Origin: Camelus ferus
Lineage: Eukaryota
Direction of reading: 5' to 3'
Assembly (NCBI RefSeq): GCF_009834535.1
Contig: NC_045696.1
Coordinates: 61,506,001-61,570,000, forward strand
DNA: 64,000 bases
Position numbers and translations under genes: made by a program. Positions 53,244 through 64,000 of this stretch are shown piece after piece; position 1 is the stretch's first letter, and the number at the start of each line of letters is the position of its first letter. The notes under the pieces were generated by a model. It saw nothing but the letters and a program-made list of their open reading frames with translations, made no database searches and was not told the origin of the DNA.

Positions 53244-55672
53244 GTTGGTTACAATCATTATTGAGTTTGCATATTTGTTTAAAATTTAAGATTATGAACA
53301 GATGTTCCCAGTTGCCATTGTCTCTAGTCATCATCCTAGTTCTTGCACTCCTTATGTTGCCAAACGCGAACTAATTACCTCAGTTATCTGCTGTGTCTTG
53401 TCTTTGTGTTGTACTTTATACTTGAACAAGTATTTTACACAAGCATTAATCTGATTCTCACAACAAGCATAAGAAGTGAAGCAGTCATTTGTACTATTTT
53501 GCAGATAAAGAAATTGAGTCTCAAGAAGATTGAGACCTAATGTCATGGCTAACTAGTGCTGAGACCAGTATTTATTAAGGTGGCTTTCTCTACCTTATTC
53601 TGACTGTCCAAATCCTATCCATCAAGTATAAGCTCAAATTCCACTGCCTGTCTGAATTCCTCAGACTTTCTACCTGCTTCCTGACTACTGCTCTCTCACA
53701 AGGACTGCCTCTACCACTTGTCATGCCCCATCCTTTGCTTTATTTTTAGAGTTAACTTTTCATGAACTAAACTGTAAGCTCTTAGAGGGAGGGTATCAGA
53801 GACTATTTCTTGGACATCTTTATGCCTGTCCCCCAATACCTAGCAGAAGTCTTACACAGAAATAATAAAACATGGCTTGTATCATTGACATCCGTGATAT
53901 TAATGAAATGTCAAGCAGTATAACCCAACGGGGGATCTGAGTAGCTCTGAACAGCCCTGATCATCAGAGGGCACTGTGGCACCAGAATTATGTTTAACTG
54001 AACCACAAAGAACTGCAACAGCACAACTCACTTGCCCGAAGCCACCCACATTGTCTTTCATGAAGGAAGCGGTACACGCATGTGCCACTTCCCTGAGTTT
54101 CTATGTCCCTAGTGACCTGAATACTGTTGTGGTTGCCTAGGGTTCTATCCTTGACCATGTTCTCTTCTTGATCTTCACTTTCTTTCAAGGCTAACAGCTT
54201 CAGATACCACCCCTATCCTAGACCTAAATTTTCAACTATGTTTTGCACATCTCCACCTAGATGGAGGTGTCAGACTCAACTGTATTACGCTGACTCTACT
54301 AAGTTCCAACCACCCCACCCCATTTTCAGAAATTTTGGCAGTGGAATTTTCTCACTGCTTTGGATTTTGTTTACATATAGATAAGGCTGTGTATGAAATG
54401 TGCATTTTTGTAGGAGTGTAGGCCTACATGACCTAATATGCCAGCAATCTCTGTCTATAATTCAAAATCACATTGTCTGGCAAACTCTTTGTATTAACTT
54501 TTGGACCTTTAAGAACATATTGCTTATTGGTCACCTCCAGCTTAAACTCTAGAGATAAACTCTAGCTTGCCGATCACTATAAAGGTTTACAATTGGAGCA
54601 GTTCTTTGGAATCCTCTCACCAAAAGGCATTCCCAGATTATTTCAAATAAATCCTAAACATGTCTGCAAATCTGTGTTTCTACTACAGTTCTCCAGCTCA
54701 GTTAATGACATCACCATCTATCCAATTGCTTGAATTAGAAATCTCAGAATAACTCATCATTTTTTCCCCTGTTCTTCATCAGCATGTCTCTAATCTGTCC
54801 CCACCTCCCCATCTCCACTAAGCCAGTTAATCATTATCTTTCTCCGGGACCTAGGATTACAGTAGCCTAACCGGATTCCTGCTTTTCACCTCCAATCCAT
54901 CCATCCTCCAGAGATATTCTTCTAAAATACAATTCTGATTATATAACTTGACTGTTATATATCTTTTATGTCTCCTTGACTTGCCTAGTGATATTTTTGG
55001 AGCCAAGTTGGATTTCCTCAGCAGGAAACAAAGCTCTTTACCCTTTGCCCCTGTCTTCTGCCAGTCCTCTCACGCATCCTAGTCATCAATCAGGTGAGAC
55101 ATCTAGCTGTTGACTGAATATGGTTTGAGATTCCAGGCTTCTATGGCTTACACAGGCTGTTTCCTCAGCATAGAATTCCTTCCCATATTTCTATTTCTTA
55201 TAAACTTCTACTCACCCTTTCAGATCCAACTTAAATGTCCCTCTGAAGGGCTCCTTTTCCTAGTATAAAAGGCAAAATTAATTCTTCTCTTTATGTTCTC
55301 ATAGCCCTGCAGGAACCTCACCATTATAAGGTCAGTCACATTAAGTTGTAAGTATTTTTCAATACTTCTGTTACCCCTAAGGCCATAAGCTCCTTGAGGG
55401 CAGAAAACACATTTTACTTATTTTTGTAAACCTAGCATGTAGCACATCCATTAATTGAATGGAATTAGAGCACCTAGGAACAGACTTTTTCTTTATTATT
55501 AGTTTACATATTTTTTGAACCTGGAAGACTTTTAGACACTTTAACAGAGAAAGAAAGAATTCTAATTAGCATGTTTGTAGTTCTTTGCCTATTTTTATTC
55601 TTCATTCTTCTGTTACCCATCTTCCCAGAAAAGCAAACCCAACCTTGCTCCCTCCCTGTAGCCCTTAGCAAC

Positions 55673-55722
55673 CTTTTCATTGCCTCCTTCAAGGATATCA
55701 GGGTTGTGGTTTCATTGTTCAT
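55673..55722 (-). CDS. SMCO1: SMCO1 coding exon 1 (50 nt)
   Basis: MNNETTTLISLKEAMK(R), donor AG|GTTGCT; the three exons total 645 nt = 214 aa plus stop. Confidence 0.88.
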
Positions 55723-56334
55723 CTTCTTAAGGCAAAATGAAAGGAAATAAAGCAAGCAAAACAAAAACCCAGTAAAGGTTTGAATCCAGGGTTTTCTGCT
55801 GTCTTCCACTCAGCAACAGGCAGCAGCAGTGTGAGTAATTGATCTAAATTCTGCCTGAAAGGTCACTTGGTACAAGAAGCTTTTAATAGCTTGTACATCC
55901 AAATATAGTTTCAAAGAACTGATCGTGTGAACACAGGTGTCCTGGGATGCACTGTAGTATCTGCCTTTGAAAAGTGACCCATAGTGTATTAACATAGCAC
56001 AACAACCAGATGTATTTTCTGGTAAGTGGATATGAGAGCACACAAATGTATACGTATACCAGGATTAAATTTGATGGAAATACTACTCTCAAATTTAAAG
56101 AATAAAATTATTTACTTATAATCTAAATTAGGTTTACAGAAGCCCCAGAGATTTTGTGATATCTTGTATCAGTGCAGAACATCTAATCATCCTTAGAAAC
56201 TAATAAATATTTATTATGAGCTTGTAGTATTAGATTAGGTATTGAAAATAAAAACAGGCATAAAATAGGATTCCTGAATTTAAGGGGTTTAAATACTAAC
56301 CGGGGAGGGACTTAAAAGATTAAAATATACTTAA

Positions 56335-57730
56335 GCCCAGAAATAAACCCATTCACCTACAGTCAATTAATCTTTGACAAAGGAGGCAAGAATATACAAT
56401 GGCAAAAAGACAGTCTCTTTAGCAAGTGGTGTTGGGAAATCTGGACAGCTGCATGTAAATCAATGAAGTTAGATCACTCCCTGACACCATATACAAAAAT
56501 AAACTCAAAATGGCTTAAAGACTTAAATATAAGACAAGACACCATAAAATTCCTAGAAGAGAACATAGGCAAAACATTCTCTGACATAAATCGTAGCAAT
56601 GTTTTATTAGGTCAGTCTCTCAAGGCAATATAAATAAAAGCAAAAATAAACAAATGGGACCTAATCAAGCTTATAAGCTTTTGCACAGCAAAGGAAACCA
56701 TAAACAAAAGGACAGCCTATGGAATGGGAGAAAATAATTGCAAATGATGTGACTGACAAGACCTTAATTTCCAAAATATGCATACAGTTCATAAAACTTA
56801 ATAACAAAAAAGACAAACAACTCAATGAAAAAGTGGGCACAAGACCTAGACATTTCTCCAAAGAAGACATACAAATGGCCAACAGGCACATGAAAAGATG
56901 CTCAACATTGCTAATTATTAGAGAAATGCCAATCAAAACTACAGTGAGGTATCACCTCACATCAGTCAGAATGGCCATCATTAAAATGTCCACAAATGAT
57001 AACTGCTGGAGAGGCTGTGGAGAAAAGGAAATCCTCCTACACTCTTGATGGGAATGTAAATTGTTGCAGCCATTATGGAAAACAGTATGGAGATTCCTTA
57101 AAAAACTAAAAATAGAGTTACTATTTGATCCAGCCACCCCACTCCTGGGCATGTATCTAATTTGAAAAGATACGTGCACCCCAGTGTTCACAGCAGCACT
57201 ATCTACAACAGCCAAAACATGGAAGCAACCTAAATGTCCACTGACAGATGACTGGACAAAGAAGCTGTGGTACACATACATAATGGAATACCACTCAGCC
57301 ATAAAAAAGAATGAAATAACGCCATTTGCAGCAACATGGATGGACCTAGGGATTATCATACTAAGTCAGACAGAAAAAGACAAATATCATATATTACTTA
57401 TATGCAGAATCTATAAAGTGATACAAATGAACTATTTACAAAACAGAAATAGACTCGCAGACATAGAAAAGAAACTTATGGTTACCAAAGGAGAAGTGGG
57501 AGGAGGGATAAGTTAGGAGTTTGGGATTAGCAGATACAAACTACTTTATATAAAATAGGCAAATAACAAGGTCCTACTGTATAGCACAGGGAACTGTATT
57601 CAGTGTCTTCTAATAACCTATAATAGAAAAGAATATGGAAAAGAATACACACACACACATAACTGAATCACTACGTGGTACACCTGAAACTAACACAACA
57701 TTGTAAATCAACTATACTTCAATAAAAAAG
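56335..57730 (+). mobile_element. 5'-truncated L1 (ORF2 C-terminus plus 3' UTR)
   Basis: ORFs 56719-57048 and 57184-57516 are L1 ORF2-like; TSD core ATATACTTAA at 56325-56334 and 57736-57745. Confidence 0.93.
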
Positions 57731-59835
57731 ATAACATATACTTAAAAGAAACTGTATGTGAAATGTCATGTGCCAAATGAATACGAATATAAAGGTCATA
57801 AAAGATGAGAGAGTAGGTTACTGAAGCCTTACATAATTGAGAAACACTCACATTGAAGGTGGGATTTGGTCTTGGCCTTAAAGAAAATGCAGGTTTTTGC
57901 TTATCAGAAAAGAGAGAGAAAGGTATTACAAACTGGGGAAATTGTGTGAGTAAAACCACAGGGGTGGCAAGATACATGTTGTGGTTAGGGAACGATGAGT
58001 GAGTATCTCTCAAGCAAAAAGATTCATTTGAGAAAAAGAAAAACAGTAACATTTAAACTGGCATAGATTTACTCATTCATTGAATAATTTATTTACTTAT
58101 TCAATATTTACTGAACACCATATTATCAATTGAATGCATAAAACCTATAAATGAATGGTCAGCACTATTCCAGGTATTGGGAATAAAATGATGAGTAAGA
58201 CAAAAATACTTACCCTAAGAAGCATACTAGTAGGAGACTGAAAACAAGGATTACAAAAGAGTGGATTGTTCTAGATAGCCTTGTAAGGAGTTTGGACATA
58301 TGTGAGGTGGTGGTTCTGTAAAGCTAATCTAGCAGTGGTGTTTAAGACAGATCCAAAAGGGAATAAAACCAGAGGCAGAGATGTCCCTCAGGAGACTGGT
58401 ATCACAGTCAGACGTGAGGTGATGAAGGCCTAGAGTACAATGTTGGTCTTCGGAGTGGAAAGGCAAAGGGACAGATCTGAGAGAAGTATAACTCCCCAAT
58501 AACTCCTGGGGCTTGGAGTCAGTAAGTCTCACATGAATCTTCAGAAACATTTGGGTGTCCTGAAGGAATCAGGTCCTTCCTTGCCTCAGTGGGGAAACCT
58601 TGTTAGGATCTTTGTGTCTTACCCATACTCCCCGACACCTCCCCACACCCACTAGTTTTTCCTCATTAACAGAATCTAAGTCCAAATGTTGTTCAAGTAC
58701 TGGGCAGCCGTGTGCTTCAAGGGACTTTGGGCACCCCCCACCCCCAGTCACAAGGAGGGTAAATCTTGATTAGACCAAGCCAAACATAGTAATTTCATTA
58801 TTGTTCCTATTATCATTGGCTTAGGAATGGGCAGGTGGCAGAATCCTAGCCTATGAAATGTGAGAGGAGGCTTACTGTGGGGCTTCTGAGAAAAACGGTT
58901 TTTAAACGTGTGATAAAATATAGATAATGTAAAATTTACCATTTTGGGTGGAGGGTGGGTGAAATGGGTGAAGGCAGTCAAAAGGTACAAACTTCTAGTT
59001 ATAATAAAATAAATGTCTTTGGGATATAATGTATAGCATAGTGACTATAGTTAATAATACTGTACTGTACATTTGTAAATTGCTAAGAGAGTTGACCTTA
59101 AAAGTTCTCATCACAAGAAAAAAAACTATGTGTGGAGATGGATGTTAGACTTACTCTAGGGATCATTAAGTAATACATTCATATATCAAATCATTATGTT
59201 GTATTCCTAAAACTAATATAATGTTGTATGTCAATTATATCTCAATTTTACCATTTTTGACCATTTCTAAGTTTACAGTTCTGTGACATTAAGAACATTT
59301 ACACTGTTGTCCAAACATCACCACTATCCATCTCCAGAATTTTTTTGTCTTCCCCAGCTGAAACTGTATCCATGAAACACCAACTTTACATTCTCCCTTC
59401 TCTTCAGCCCCTGAAACCACCATTCTACTTTCTGCCTCTATGAATTTGACTACTCTAGTTCTTCATATAAGTGGAATCGTCTTCTCTTGTGACTGGGAGA
59501 AAAGTTTTTCTGATGATAAAAAGAAACACATGGGAGAAAAAGGTCTCCCTTCATCCCTCAATATTGTTGGATCTTCCTTCACATGATGCCTAGAACTGCA
59601 GCATCCACCCTATTACAACCATAACGAGAACCAGCCTTGGGGAACAAGCCAGAACAGCAGAGCAGAAAGAAGAAAAGAACCTATCACAGTGGAAAACAGT
59701 ATGGCAGTTCCTTAAATATTAAAAATAGAACCGCTACTATATGACCCAGCAATCCCTCTTCTCAGTATCCATATCTAAATGAAATGAAAACAGGGTATTG
59801 AAGAGAGACCTGTACTCCCATGTTCACCACAGCAC

Positions 59836-60247
59836 TGTAGGAGGGAAGAACAAGTCTGACTCCAATTAGATGTGCTCCTTTGGCTCTAACCCTGTACTCT
59901 GTTTCCTGTGCTTAGTCATGCTGGTTCTGCACCATTTATAAAAGATTGTTGCCTATAGCCTAAACTACACAGGATAGCCTATTCTCAAGTCATACAAAGA
60001 CAAAAAGTTGCAGAATAAAAAATAACACTGGTCTTGTTGAAGGTTTACAGGGACACCATGACCTCACCTACATGGATAGCTGCAAGAACAAAGGATTCTG
60101 ACACCAAAAAGTCTGCAACAACCAACCACTTCTTAGTATAAAAAGAGTCTAAACTCTGACTTGTGGAAGATGGTTCTCCAGGACATCAGTCTGCCCTCTT
60201 CTTGGTCTGCCAGCTTTCCAAATAAAGTTGTTATTCCTTGTCCCAAA
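59836..60247 (+). mobile_element. ERV1-like LTR nested in an L1 3' fragment
   Basis: TGTAGGAGGG start directly after L1 CCCATGTTCACCACAGCAC, TATAAAA near 60137, AATAAAG near 60221; L1 sequence resumes afterwards. Confidence 0.65.
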
Positions 60248-61039
60248 ACTGCATGGTATCACTTATATGAGGAATCTAAATAAAGAAGTTAAACTCAGAA
60301 ACAGAGAATAGGAAGGTGATTGCCAGGGGCTGGAGGGAAATAAGAAGAGGCTGGAAAAAGGGTAAAGGGGAAAAAAAGAAGAAAGACGCTGTCACTGAAT
60401 TAACCTCCCCTGGAACTGTTTCATTGCTAGTGTGCTTATTATGAAGAATAACAACTTTGCCTTATTGATTAAACCTTTTATAGTTGGGGCTCTGTCTTTA
60501 GGGAGTTAACGGTTCAGCGAAGGAGACTTTATATATCAGGTTCTTCTTTCCTGAGGTTTCTTCTGAAGCCTTCCATTTCTCTGGAGCTAACATTAGTTTT
60601 CTTATGAGTAGAATTGTGGCCAGAATCTTGACGAGGAAATAAAACAAAGAAGGAAGAAAACAATAGTGGGAACTCTGATGTAACCTAGTATCTCTGTCTT
60701 CAGGTCACTCAGAATAAGCCATCAGAGGACCAGCCCCCAGCCCCCTAGAAGAACGTTTAGAACTGGGCAAAGAGCAAATGGTTCTGCCCAGGGATCAGAG
60801 CCTGCCAATTCCACCTAGCAGTGCTGCTTTCTCCAGGATGCTGCCTGCCCATCCAGATCCAAAACTTATTCCCTTCTCCCTACTCTCACTGACCACCTCT
60901 TGTCTGGACAGACTTAAACAGTACCTGCTGATCATTCTATCCTTGATTGCCTCTCTGGTATGTGGCCTGTTGTCTGCCCAGTCTTTTGAATTTCCTGATC
61001 TCTTCTGCCAGGCTCACCTTCCAGATTCTCCTTGTCCCT

Positions 61040-62155
61040 TGTCATATTGCTTTCCAAACTTTTTTTTTTTAAACTAATGAACTATATTTTTTAGAGCAGT
61101 TTTAGGTTCACAGCCAAAAGAGCAGAAGGTACAGGGAGATTTTATATATCCCTGCCTTCACACAGACTCAGCCTTCCCCACCACAGACATCCTGCACCAC
61201 AGTGGAACATCTGCTACAAGTGATGAACTTACACTGACACACTCTTATTACTCCAAGTCTATAGTTTACATTAGGGTTCACTCTAGGTGTTGTCCAGTCT
61301 ACGGGTTTGACAAATGCAGAATAACATGTACCCACCATTGTAATATCATACAGAATACTTTCACTGTGTGCTCTGCCTATTCATCCCTCCCTTCCCACTA
61401 ATCCCTGGCCACCACTGATCTTTTTACTGTCCCCATAGTTTTGCCTTTCCCAGAATGTCATATGGATGGAATCATACAGCGTATAGCTTTTTCAGATTGG
61501 CGTCTTTCACTTAGCAATATGCATTTAAGTTTCCTCCATGTCTCTTCATGGCTTGATAGCTCATCACTTTTTAGCACTGAATAATGCTGAATGTATCACA
61601 GTTTCTTTATCCATTCACCTACTGAAGGAATCTTGTATGTTTCTAGGTTTTGGCAGTTATGAATAAAGCTGCTATAAACATCCGTATGCAGATTTTTGTG
61701 TGGCATAAGTTTTCAATTTATTTGGGTAAATACTAAGGAGCTTGATTGCTGGATTGCATGGTAAGAGTATGCTTAGTTTCTTAAGAAACTACCAAACTGT
61801 TTTCCAAAGTGGCTGTACTATTTTGTATTTCTACCGGCAATGAATGAGACTTCTTCTGGTTCTGCACCCTTGCCAGCACTTGGTGTTGACATTGTTTTGG
61901 ATTTTGGCTATTCTAATAGGTGTGTAGTGATATCTCATTATTTTAATTTGCAATTTCCTAATGACAAATGATATTGAATATCCTTTCATATGCTTATTTG
62001 CTATCTGTATATCTTTGGTGAAGTGTCTGTTCAGGTGTTTTGCCCTTTTAAAAATCGAGTTGCCTGTTTTCTTATTATTGAATTTTAGGAGTTCTTTGTA
62101 TATTTGGGATAACAGTACTTTATCAGTTGTATCTTTTTCAAATATTTTCTTCCAC
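61040..62155 (-). mobile_element. L1 3' fragment
   Basis: ORF 61831-62157 is L1 ORF2-like (MRYHYTPIRIAKI); poly-T at the left end. Confidence 0.88.
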
Positions 62156-63205
62156 AAACCTTTTTTATAGCAAAGCTGCAGCCTAAATTCCTGCCTGCTT
62201 TCTGTTGCAGGATACAGATCTTTGAAAGAATGCTATACTCAGAGATATACAGCAGTGCCAAGAAGTAAATAGTACTTTGCGCTGCTAAAACAAGCATCTA
62301 GAACAGCAGCAGGTGCTTGCTGTTTATCCTAGAGCTGAATCAACTCCTAACAATTGAATATTTTGAGTACTATTTTTGAGTGCTGAACTCAAAGTACAGA
62401 CACTAAGAGAGTGATACTATTTTCAGAGGCCTCTGACCCAGAGAAAAGATCCACAACTTTTTGCCAGAGATTAAGTTACTTACTAATGTAAGTTTACTAA
62501 TGGCCACCCTTCCCTAAGAGTTCATGCAACGTGTCACATGTGGATGGAAATAGGACTTGTTAAAATGATACCCTGCCAGGGGGATGGCCTACCCAGTTTT
62601 TCCCACTGTATACTTTGCTCACAGTGCAATCTTCAGGAAAGCGCATTCAGTCCAGATATTTATCTACACCAGTACATCAGAGGCAGGGGTTCTTTAACTA
62701 GCGAATTCATAAAGACTACAAAGGGATTCATCGAGAATGTCTGAGCTCATATTCTAGAAAGAGAATTCCATACATTTTATCAGTTCCATTACCAGACTCA
62801 ACTTTTCACCTGGCCCAGTCATCATATCAAAGCAAAGATCCAGATAGTGCCAATTCCAGACAGTCACTCCACTTGCTGGAGACCTGCTTGTGTTGGTTTC
62901 CTTCTCCCTCATTTCTAGATTCCGGCTTCTAAAACCTGGTCTGGTGTCCTTCAGGCCAAACGCTCCTGGGCTCTGACCAGATTGGTACAAATTCTTGTTC
63001 TACTACTCCTTAGATCTGTGAGCTGTGCAGGTTTCTTAATATCTCTCAGCCTCCATTTCTATATTTTTAAATGGGGCTCATTATCAAAAGGCCTTTAGAG
63101 GGACTGAGCCTCTCTTACCCACAGAGGGAACCTGTTCTTTGTGTCAGCTTCCTTCCCTTCTCATCCTCACTTTCCTACTTCTGCATTACAGGTGCTTCCT
63201 GGAAT

Positions 63206-63853
63206 TGTAACTGAGCAGGACCCTGTGGGACCTTTCTGGGACAGACCCCTTCCCCACCACCATGTCCTCCACCTGCCTCTTCTTTGTAGAAGAACTTTAG
63301 CCTCCTAGGCCTTCCCTGAGTTCCAAATAATAAATTTAATCAGAGAAGTGAGAAAATGCAGAAGCAAAGAAAAAGTCAAGCAAGACAAAATAATAGAGTT
63401 TCGCCATCAAACAAACCAAGAACCTTTAGTTCCTCTTCCAGGGTTATAGATAATATTCTGAGCCCTGTCCTTTGAGCTGTTTTGCAGATACTGAAACCCC
63501 TTCACCCCTCAGATAGAAGAAGTACCCACAAGCACAGAGACCCCAGACCAGTTGGAACCAGAAGGTTGATGATGCTGACTCCTGGTTACCTCACCACCAA
63601 CCAATCAGAAGAATGTCCATGAACTGATCATGCACCCTGCAGCCCTCTCCTCAGCATGTATCCCCTTCTTCTTTTCCCTTATATAATTTCTGAACAAAAT
63701 CTGGGGAGTCAGGAGTTGGTTCTTTGGGACATGAGCCCACTTTTCCCCTGGGATTGCAGACTTCCTCAATGAAGCAATCTTTCCTTTTACCCAACACTTG
63801 TCTCTTAGTATTGGATTCTTGAGCGATGAGCAGCCGAACCTGAGTTTGGTAAA
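63206..63853 (+). mobile_element. ERV solo LTR with 5-bp TSD
   Basis: TGTAACTGAGCAGGACCC start; GGAAT direct repeats at 63201-63205 and 63854-63858. Confidence 0.85.
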
Positions 63854-64000
63854 GGAATCACCTCACAAACTACATGCAATTTTCATCTTGGGTCCTGCTC
63901 TGGGGTAAAGCAAATTAAGACTACACCCCTATATCTATATGACATTTCTTGTTTGAGCACTAATCTCACAAAATCTTAGCAGATCCTACTAGCTAGATTA

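Overview
Mammalian genomic DNA, most likely a camelid (several tRNA-Ala-derived SINEs resemble the camelid Vic-1 family). Gene order matches the human UBXN7-RNF168-SMCO1 block, all on the minus strand. The window holds UBXN7 coding exon 1 with its CpG-island promoter (1-600), a complete six-exon RNF168 CDS (1716 nt, 571 aa, 25592-45982) and a complete three-exon SMCO1 CDS (645 nt, 214 aa, 50934-55722); all splice junctions were read by hand and are GT-AG and phase-consistent. A full-length, disabled TUBA1B-type processed pseudogene with a 14-bp TSD lies between UBXN7 and RNF168. The rest is mostly L1, ERV/MaLR LTR, SINE and DNA-transposon remnants; repeat subfamily names are from recall and approximate. 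I found no convincing new biological system. The most interesting observations are an inverted duplication bracketing SMCO1 exon 2, a candidate 5'-UTR intron plus in-frame uORF in RNF168, a tiny Y1-RNA retrocopy, a twin-primed L1 and an excess of AAG splice acceptors in RNF168.
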